In this document: piece after piece, positions 57,016 through 64,000 of the stretch
How positions within the stretch are numbered: the stretch's first letter is position 1
How the letters are laid out: every line of letters starts with the position of its first letter
Source of the DNA: Candidatus Latescibacterota bacterium
Lineage (GTDB): Bacteria; Latescibacterota; UBA2968
Assembly: GCA_965204745.1 (NCBI GenBank)
Contig: OZ242010.1
Coordinates: 1,376,001-1,440,000 of the forward strand
Length of the DNA stretch: 64,000 nucleotides
Direction: 5' to 3'
The notes under the pieces: generated by a model
Databases searched by the model: none
Seen by the model: the letters and a program-made list of their open reading frames with translations, nothing else
What the model was told of the DNA's origin: nothing
Translations under genes and position numbers: made by a program

Positions 57016-57880
57016 CTTGTATCTTGGAAGTAAGGGTTAATTAGGAGTTGCGCCCTCGTATCGAGACGAGACATCTTGATGCCCGGCTCGGGGAAGGCCG
57101 GCCCCCCTTGAAGGCGATGACCTTGTCAGGAAGAGAGGCCCCCCGACCGCCGAGTCTATGCCGAAGCGTATCTAAGTCCATTGAGGCTGCATAGACAAGA
57201 CCGGTAGACTTGGCGTGAAAAGGTCGGGACTCGAGCGCACATCAGACCCCCTTAGACCCCTCATCACAGGAGGCCCCCATGTCGAACTCTCAACCCGCTT
57301 TTGCCGGCATTGATGTCAGTGCCCGCAACTTGTCCGTTGCCCTGTCCCTGCCTGGACAAGGTGTCATGCAAACGACCTTTGACAATGATTCCCGGGCGCA
57401 CAAGCGGTTGCTGAAGTGGCTCACCAAGGGCGGGCACATGGTCTCTGTCTGCCTCGAAATGACCGGATTTTATAGCCTGGAGGTGGCCTTGGCCTTGCAT
57501 CGGCATCGCCGCACGCAGGTCATGGTCATCAATCCCAAGGCGATGAGCAAGTACGCCCAAGCGTGCATGCAAGGGACAAAGACGGATGCGAAGGATGCGT
57601 TGTTGATCCTCGATTATGCCGAGCACATGCCCTTTGTGCCTTGGCAACCGCCGAGCGAGCACCTGCTCCAACTGCAAGCCCTGACCACACGGATTAACCA
57701 ACTCAAGCAGGAGATCAGCCGCGAACAGAGCCACAGCCACGCGCAGGGCTACCACACCCGGAGCACACGTCTCATCGCACGCGATATTCAGGTGAATATT
57801 CGATACCTCAAACGCCGGATTGCATACTTGGAAGGCCAAGCCCTCGATCTCGTTTTGCAGGACGAGACCCAAAAGCGTAG
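57016..57880 (+). mobile_element. Divergent, 3'-truncated IS110 (copy 4)
   Basis: Left end CT-TGTATCTTGGAAGTAAGGG identical to copies 1-3; scattered substitutions; homology lost near 57880. Confidence 0.92.
57034..57216 (+). ncRNA. Predicted variant bridge RNA with altered guides (ends approximate)
   Basis: LTG CCCCCCT 57102-57108, RTG CAGGAAG 57127-57133, LDG AGCGTATCT 57165-57173, RDG AGACAAG 57193-57199; stems conserved. Confidence 0.8.
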
Positions 57881-57899
57881 CCTACAACGAAGCGAGTAA
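57279..57899 (+). pseudogene. Truncated IS110 recombinase (RuvC-like DEDD and coiled coil only)
   Basis: 206 aa, colinear with the first ~200 aa of the intact copies; Ser-bearing C-terminal domain missing. Confidence 0.9.
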
Positions 57900-58395
57900 C
57901 GGGGGTTAGGGTCCCGATAATGTAGCGTTCCTTTGATGGCTTATAGCTATGGCTACTCTAATGGCGTTGCGCGAGGGCATAAAGCGATTAAATATCCCTC
58001 ATCAATACCCTCGCAAAACCGCTCCGATCAAGCCATCACGCACAGCGCGCAAGTCCGTCTCGCAACCAACATCCATCTTGCAACCCACCTTGCAGGCTGA
58101 CGCCTATCGTTCTGTTACAAAAGCGTTTTGCGCTGTGCAAGCCTCTCGGCGTTTGAGAGCGGCATTTTTGAACTGCTGGGGCAGTTGTACCCCGCTCGCC
58201 TACTTTTTTTTGCTGTTGAAAAAAAGTAGGTCGCCGAAGGCATCGGAGGCAACCAACGAGGCTATAAGGCCAAACGTTTTAGACCAGCATCGCATGATCC
58301 CTACGGAACGTCTATTCCTCATTCATTCCTGATGTGAGGCAGGATGCGGACAAGATAAAATCAAATTGGTATTACTTCTCACCACTGGAATCCCC

Positions 58396-58830
58396 ATGTC
58401 ACACGCACAAATTGGCGACCGCGTATCGGTCTATTACAAAGGCATTTTGGACGACGGCACCATTGCCGAAGGCACGGCTGAGGGCGATCCGTACGAATTT
58501 ACCGTCGGCGATGAGGCGGTGAAACGCATCTTTACGCGCCTCGTGCTCGGCATGGCAGAAGGCGAGTCGCGCACGGTCGTCCTGTCTCCGGAAGAGGCGT
58601 TTGGCCCGTACAATCCGGATTTTGTGATCGAGGTTGCGCGGTCCAAATTTCCACCGGACGCGCCGCTCGAAAAGGGCGTGCGGATGGAGGTGCGCGCCGA
58701 GCCGGATGGCACGCCTGTCGAGGTGTCCGTCCTCAACGTGACGCCCGAAACCGTAACCTTAGACGGCAACCACCCGCTGGCCGGGCGCGAAGTGACCATG
58801 ACGATGCAGTTGCTGGAGATCGCGGGCTAA
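58396..58830 (+). CDS. FKBP-type peptidyl-prolyl isomerase (SlyD/FkpB-like)
   Basis: GDRVSVYYKG.LDDG, LSPEEAFG, VTLDGNHPLAG. Confidence 0.9.
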   Translation: MSHAQIGDRVSVYYKGILDDGTIAEGTAEGDPYEFTVGDEAVKRIFTRLVLGMAEGESRTVVLSPEEAFGPYNPDFVIEVARSKFPPDAPLEKGVRMEVRAEPDGTPVEVSVLNVTPETVTLDGNHPLAGREVTMTMQLLEIAG

Positions 58831-58852
58831 CCGCGCTTCCAAAGGGGATGAG

Positions 58853-59362
58853 ATGGGGCGTCAACTGGGCATGATCGCGTTTTGTCTCGCGCTGTTCGCG
58901 TGCGGCCCCGATGTCCAAATCGTAGAGGACGGGCACGAGAAATACCACGTGTATTGGGATGACGGGCACGAGCGGTATTTCAGGCACGGGGCTTACCAGT
59001 CGTTTTACGAAAGTGGCCGCGTGCGGTCGGCAGGCGAGTACGAGCACGACGTCAAAGTTGGGGTTTGGACGCACTGGTACGAGAACGGGCAAAAACAAGG
59101 AGAGATGGACTGGGTCGACGGCAAACCCGAAGGCGTGGTCGAGGAATGGTACGAAAATGGACAACTCAAGAACGCGGGCACCTGGAAAAATGGCGGGCGG
59201 CACGGGCTTTCGACTTGGTGGTACGCGCATGGCGTCAAACAAAAGGAAGTGACCTACGTCAATGGCGAACCCGATGGCATCTGGACGTACTGGGATTCAA
59301 CCGGCGCAGTCACAAAAAAACAATTCTGGAATCGCGGCGCATTCCTGCGCGTCGAAGAATGA
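58853..59362 (+). CDS. MORN-variant repeat lipoprotein (YwqK-like)
   Basis: Lipobox LFAC; repeated G.W..WYENGQ units. Confidence 0.8.
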   Translation: MGRQLGMIAFCLALFACGPDVQIVEDGHEKYHVYWDDGHERYFRHGAYQSFYESGRVRSAGEYEHDVKVGVWTHWYENGQKQGEMDWVDGKPEGVVEEWYENGQLKNAGTWKNGGRHGLSTWWYAHGVKQKEVTYVNGEPDGIWTYWDSTGAVTKKQFWNRGAFLRVEE

Positions 59363-59388
59363 CGCCGCCAAAAATTCAAGGAGTGAAC

Positions 59389-62157
59389 ATGTTGGATAAC
59401 ACCCTGTATTTGTTGGATGGGATGGCGTTGGTGTATCGGGGGCATTTTGCGATGATCCGCAATCCGCGCATGACGGCGAAAGGGATGAACACTTCGGCGT
59501 TATTTGTTTTTGCAAACACCCTGTTGGACATTTTGGACAACGTGCAACCCTCGCATTTGGCCGTGGTTTTCGACACGCCAGAGCCTACGCATCGGCACGA
59601 AATGTACGGAGCGTACAAGGCGCAACGAGAAGCCATGCCCGAGGATTTGAGCGTCGCGCTACCCTATATCGATCAGATGTGCGACGGGTTCAACGTGCCG
59701 GTGATTCGCAAGCCGGGGTACGAGGCCGACGACGTGATCGGCACGCTGGCCAAGGCCGCCGAGCAGGCCGGGTTCACCACGTACATGGTCACGCCGGACA
59801 AGGACTTTGCCCAACTCGTATCGGAAAAAACCCGGATCAGCAAGCCCGGGCGCATCGGGTATGGCGCGGAGATTTTGGGCGTGGCAGAGGTGTTGGCGCA
59901 ATGGGAAATCGAGCGCGTGGATCAAGTGGTCGATATGCTCGGCCTGATGGGCGATTCGAGCGACAATGTGCCGGGGGTGCCGGGCATTGGGCCAAAAACC
60001 GCGCAAAAACTGATCGCGCAATACGGCAGTGTGGAGGGCCTGCTCGATCATATTGACGATTTGAAGGGCAAGCAAAAAGAGAATGTGGAGACGCATCGCG
60101 ACCAGGCATTGCTGTCAAAGGAATTGGTCACCATCCACCGCGACGTGCCGGTGGATTGCGGGTTGGATGACCTGCTGGTCAAGCCGCGAGACGACGCGAA
60201 GTTGAAGCCCCTGTTTGCCGAGTTGGAGTTCCACACCCTGGGCAAGCGGCTGTTTGGCAGTGAGTTTGACGTGGATCGACAACAGCCATCCCTGTTCGGC
60301 GATGCGGCAACTGAGCCGCCGGGCGAATCGCAGTACAAAACCCTCGCGGATGTCGAACACGAGTATCACCTGATAGACACGCGGGAAAAGCGCGCGGCAC
60401 TGATCGAAGACTTGGCGCGGCAAAAGGCATTTTGCTTTGACACGGAAACGACGGGCCTGAATCCGAGAACGTGCGACTTGCTCGGCTTGGCCTTTGCGTT
60501 TCAACCGCACGCGGGGTATTACGTGCCCATGCCGGAAGACGCGGCTGAACGCAATGCCGCGTTGGAAGAATTTCGGGCCGTGTTGGAAAATCCCGAGACA
60601 GAAAAGATCGGCCACCACCTCAAATTCGACCTGGCCGTGTTGCTGTGGCAGGGCATTGACGTGCGCGGGCCGATGTTCGACACCATGCTGGCCGCGTACG
60701 TCATCGCCCCGGAATCGCGGCGCGGCATGGACTTTTTGGCACAAACCGTGTTGGGCTACGAACCCATTGCACTTGAGTCTTTGATCGGAAAAAAGAAAAA
60801 GGGCATCAAACAAAAAACCCTGCGCGACGTTCCGCTGGCCCGGGTGGCGGAATACGCGGCAGAGGATGCGGACATCACCTTGCAACTGGCCGACGCATTG
60901 CGGCCGAAAATCGAGGAGAAGGGACAGACGCGCGTGTTTGAAGCCATCGAATGCCCGCTGATCCCGGTGCTCGCGGGCATGGAGTACGAGGGCATCCGCA
61001 TGGACGTGCCGGTGATCGAGGTGTTGTCGGACGACTTGCAAGACGAACTCGCGGCCATTCACAAGCGCATCTACGAGTTGGCAGGCGAGGAGTTCAACCT
61101 CAACTCCCCCAAGCAACTGGGCGAGATCTTGTTCGACAAGCTGAAACTCGACCCCCATGCGCGGCGCACCACCAAGACCAAGCAGTATCAAACCGGGGAA
61201 TCCATTTTGCAGCGGCTGGCGCACAAACACGAGATCGTCGAACAAATTTTGATGTACCGCACGTACTCGAAGTTGAAATCCACGTACTTGGACATGTTGC
61301 CGGGCACGGTCTTTGCCAAGACCGGGCGCGTGCATACGCATTACGAACAAGCCGTGACCGTGACCGGACGCCTGCAATCGCACGAACCGAATTTGCAAAA
61401 TATCCCCATTCGCACGAAAAAGGGCCGCGAGATTCGCAAAGCCTTTGTGCCGCGCAACGCGCACTACGCGCTGTTGTCCGCAGATTATTCGCAGATCGAA
61501 TTGCGCGTGGTCGCAGAACTGAGCGCCGATGCCGAGATGGGCAGGGCCTTTCGGGATGGGCTGGATATTCACGCGGCGACCGCGATGAAAATTTACGGCT
61601 TGGACGAAGGCGATGTGACCGCCGAGATGCGCCGTCAGGCCAAAACCGTGAACTTCGGCATTATTTACGGGATTTCGGCATTTGGCTTGGCACAGCGGTT
61701 GGACATTCCGCGGTCGGAGGCCGGGCGGTTGATCGATCAGTATTTCGACCAGTTTCCGGGGGCGAAAAAGTACATGGACGAAACCATTGCTTTTGCGCGC
61801 GACCACGGGTACGTGGAGACGATGACGGGCCGCAGGCGGTACTTGCGGGATATCCACTCGCGCAACGCCACTACGCGCAAGCGCGCAGAGCGCAATGCGA
61901 TCAATTCGCGGATCCAGGGCACGGCGGCGGACATGATCAAAATTGCGATGCGCCTGATTCAAGACGCGCTGCAAGAACGCGCATTAAAAACGCGCATGTT
62001 GCTCCAAGTCCACGACGAACTCGTTTTTGACATGCACAAAGACGAGGCCGAGGTGGCGATGCCACTCATCGAAGAGGCGATGAAAAACGCCCTGCCGATG
62101 TCCGTGCCGATTGTGGTGGAAATGGGCATGGGAAGCAACTGGCTGGAAGCGCATTGA
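59389..62157 (+). CDS. polA: DNA polymerase I
   Basis: LLDGMAL.YR, YEADD, GDSSDNVPGVPGIGPKTA, FDTETTG (3'-5' exo), DYSQIELR, AKTVNFGIIYG, LQVHDELVF; AGGAG RBS before ATG 59389. Confidence 0.97.
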   Translation: MLDNTLYLLDGMALVYRGHFAMIRNPRMTAKGMNTSALFVFANTLLDILDNVQPSHLAVVFDTPEPTHRHEMYGAYKAQREAMPEDLSVALPYIDQMCDGFNVPVIRKPGYEADDVIGTLAKAAEQAGFTTYMVTPDKDFAQLVSEKTRISKPGRIGYGAEILGVAEVLAQWEIERVDQVVDMLGLMGDSSDNVPGVPGIGPKTAQKLIAQYGSVEGLLDHIDDLKGKQKENVETHRDQALLSKELVTIHRDVPVDCGLDDLLVKPRDDAKLKPLFAELEFHTLGKRLFGSEFDVDRQQPSLFGDAATEPPGESQYKTLADVEHEYHLIDTREKRAALIEDLARQKAFCFDTETTGLNPRTCDLLGLAFAFQPHAGYYVPMPEDAAERNAALEEFRAVLENPETEKIGHHLKFDLAVLLWQGIDVRGPMFDTMLAAYVIAPESRRGMDFLAQTVLGYEPIALESLIGKKKKGIKQKTLRDVPLARVAEYAAEDADITLQLADALRPKIEEKGQTRVFEAIECPLIPVLAGMEYEGIRMDVPVIEVLSDDLQDELAAIHKRIYELAGEEFNLNSPKQLGEILFDKLKLDPHARRTTKTKQYQTGESILQRLAHKHEIVEQILMYRTYSKLKSTYLDMLPGTVFAKTGRVHTHYEQAVTVTGRLQSHEPNLQNIPIRTKKGREIRKAFVPRNAHYALLSADYSQIELRVVAELSADAEMGRAFRDGLDIHAATAMKIYGLDEGDVTAEMRRQAKTVNFGIIYGISAFGLAQRLDIPRSEAGRLIDQYFDQFPGAKKYMDETIAFARDHGYVETMTGRRRYLRDIHSRNATTRKRAERNAINSRIQGTAADMIKIAMRLIQDALQERALKTRMLLQVHDELVFDMHKDEAEVAMPLIEEAMKNALPMSVPIVVEMGMGSNWLEAH

Positions 62158-62168
62158 GGAGGGGAGGG

Positions 62169-62765
62169 ATGTTCCACTGGATAAAAAAATTGTTCGCGCC
62201 GCCTGTCGAACGCCTGCCGCAACTCGAAATGTTCCGCGATCACCTCTGCGACCTGCCCGAGATCGAGAAGGTGAGCGCGTACGCGGTTCGCACCTATTGT
62301 CCGGGTGACGAAGCCGCGTGGTGTCGCATCATGGAAGGGAATGTGGGCAGCAACTGGACCGTGCAGAAATGCCGAGAGAATTTAATTTGGGATTCCCGGT
62401 TTCAAGCCGAGAACCTCTTTTTTCTCACCCACGAGGGCGACCCCATTGCCAGCGCTTGTGCGTGGCGCGCGGATGACCAATCGCCAGCCATCGGCGAGAT
62501 TCACATGGTCGCCGTGCTGTCCGACCATCGCGGCAAGGGGCTCGGGCATTTGCTCAACGCGCTCGTCCTGCATCGCCTCAAAGCACTGGGCTATCAAAAA
62601 GCCCATCTCAAAACCGACGACTGGCGTTTGCCTGCGATCAAGACCTACCTGACCGCGGGCTTCCAACCCCTCAATACGCACGAGAGCCACCCCGAGCGAT
62701 GGGAAGCGATAGTTGCGAAGTTGGAAGGAGGGCCGGGCCACTCCCTGCCCAACCGCCTTCGGTAA
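62169..62765 (+). CDS. GNAT family N-acetyltransferase
   Basis: VAVLSDHRGKGLG acetyl-CoA motif; AIKTYL.AGF. Confidence 0.85.
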   Translation: MFHWIKKLFAPPVERLPQLEMFRDHLCDLPEIEKVSAYAVRTYCPGDEAAWCRIMEGNVGSNWTVQKCRENLIWDSRFQAENLFFLTHEGDPIASACAWRADDQSPAIGEIHMVAVLSDHRGKGLGHLLNALVLHRLKALGYQKAHLKTDDWRLPAIKTYLTAGFQPLNTHESHPERWEAIVAKLEGGPGHSLPNRLR

Positions 62766-62804
62766 GAGGTGAGACGGGAGATGGGAGAGGGTGCTGCGCT
62801 CCAG

Positions 62805-64000
62805 TCAAAACAACGACAACTGCTCCGTGGATTTGGTGCGGGTTTTGGGGCGTAGCTCGACGCGGTCGATCACATCTTCGGGAATATCATCTACAAAGCG
62901 CGACACCTCGGGCCGAATGCGTTCGCCAAATCGCGTGCGGCTTCGGGCGTGCGTGAGGATCACCTCGTCTTGCCCGCGCGTGATGCCCACGAAAAACAGG
63001 CGACGTTCCTCTGCGACATCCGCATCCGAATACGGCAACAATCCCTCCTCTGTGCCGCAGATAAAGACCACCGGAAACTCCAGCCCCTTGGACGCATGCA
63101 AGGTCATCAGGGTCACGGCTTCGGGGCGGATAACCCGGCCGTGGCGCACGAAATCGCCATCTTGCCCCAGTGTGACCACGTCCAATAATTCCGCGATGGT
63201 ATCCACGCCTTCGGCCAACAATCCCAAGCGCGCGATGTCCACATCCTCGGACGATGCAAATTCATCTGCCCACGCCGCGATGAGTTCCGCGGGCGATAGC
63301 CCGGGCAATGCCTCGCGGAAGCGATCCGCAGCCTCGCGCACCGCATCCCATTTCTCTTGCACGGCGTCTGGCAATGCGTCGGGCAAACCGCCCTTGCGAA
63401 TGCCCTTTCGGAGGGCCGCACGCGCCTCGCGCCCGGGGTCGAATTTCGGAAGGGTCAAGACGTCGATCAATGCGTGGGCGTCGCCGCGCAGGACGTACTT
63501 GAAAAATCCGAGGGCCTGCTGTGTGGAGGGCGCGTCCAAATACCCCTTTTGCCCGATGACGCGATAGGGAATGCCCGCCTCCAAAAAACGCGATTCCAGC
63601 GCGTCTGCCTGCCGCCCGGTGCGGAACAAAACCGCAAAATCCCCCAACCCGCGCTTGCCCTCTTCATTGGCGTTTAGCAAATCCGCGCCGCCGACCCGCT
63701 CCACAATCGCATCCACTATCGCAATGCCCTCGGCCAGTTCCCCCGGCGCGGATAATAATTTCAGATTCGCGCCGCGCCCTCGCACCGCGACAAGGGATCG
63801 CCCGGCGATGCGCGCGCCCGCGGCCACGATTTGGGGCGTTGAGCGAAACGTGCGTTGCAACACCACCTCGCGCGCCTTGGGGAAATCCGCTTTCAGTTGG
63901 GCAAAATACGCCGCGCTCGCCCCGCGAAATCCGTAGATCGCCTGATCCGGATCCCCGATGACAAACAGCCCATCGCCGTTCCCGGCCAATTTTTGAACCA
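62805..64000 (-). CDS. UvrD/PcrA-like helicase, C-terminal part (5' end beyond window)
   Basis: VIGDPDQAIYGFRGA, FRSTPQI, AVLFRT, LMTLHASKGLEF, EERRLFFVGITR. Confidence 0.9.
   Translation of the reverse strand, partial: VQKLAGNGDGLFVIGDPDQAIYGFRGASAAYFAQLKADFPKAREVVLQRTFRSTPQIVAAGARIAGRSLVAVRGRGANLKLLSAPGELAEGIAIVDAIVERVGGADLLNANEEGKRGLGDFAVLFRTGRQADALESRFLEAGIPYRVIGQKGYLDAPSTQQALGFFKYVLRGDAHALIDVLTLPKFDPGREARAALRKGIRKGGLPDALPDAVQEKWDAVREAADRFREALPGLSPAELIAAWADEFASSEDVDIARLGLLAEGVDTIAELLDVVTLGQDGDFVRHGRVIRPEAVTLMTLHASKGLEFPVVFICGTEEGLLPYSDADVAEERRLFFVGITRGQDEVILTHARSRTRFGERIRPEVSRFVDDIPEDVIDRVELRPKTRTKSTEQLSLF

Noticed and set aside
59065-59388. N-terminal extension of PolA in the ORF track (likewise extensions of the response regulator to 10708, kinase to 11640, helicase from 13024, Wzz from 30540)
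   Set aside because: Extensions overlap neighbouring genes or repeats; downstream ATGs mostly have an RBS and match the family N-termini
1-64000. tRNA, rRNA or riboswitch genes
   Set aside because: None recognised by eye; a covariance-model scan (tRNAscan-SE, Rfam) would be needed to exclude them

Overview
Bacterial chromosomal window of moderately high GC. The short RpoD-type sigma factor, dockerin/EF-hand-tailed NHL/FG-GAP protein and dense intergenic repeats suggest an FCB-group (Latescibacterota-like), possibly host-associated organism; this is inference only. A housekeeping backbone (rlmN, M23 peptidase, larC, glnA, sigma factor, PTS IIA, NtrC-type two-component pair, glnD, SDR, dgoD, folB, YgfZ-like, Wzz-like, core Met synthase, FKBP PPIase, polA, GNAT, UvrD-like) is interrupted by four kinds of accessory material. 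(1) A defence island: PLD-SNF2 helicase, N6-adenine MTase, TIR-TPR protein and an antitoxin with a frameshifted VapC, separated by long palindromic elements. (2) A tandem array of nine GT-C membrane glycosyltransferases with hypervariable patches. (3) Three apparently identical IS110 elements plus one divergent truncated copy, an IS982 and an internally deleted IS903-group element. (4) Several repeat and MITE families. The main result is that the IS110 left non-coding end can be read directly as a bridge RNA. Its target loop (CCCCTCT / AGGTAAG) matches the reconstructed insertion sites CTCCCCT-CT-TRCCT, and its donor loop (AGAGTATCT / ATACAAG) matches the circle junction AGAGTAT-CT-TGTAT. The divergent fourth copy carries different target guides (CCCCCCT / CAGGAAG) that match a different repeat family in the same window, which looks like natural reprogramming. 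A sigma-54 promoter with tandem enhancer palindromes appears to drive a PTS-IIA plus sigma-70-family operon.
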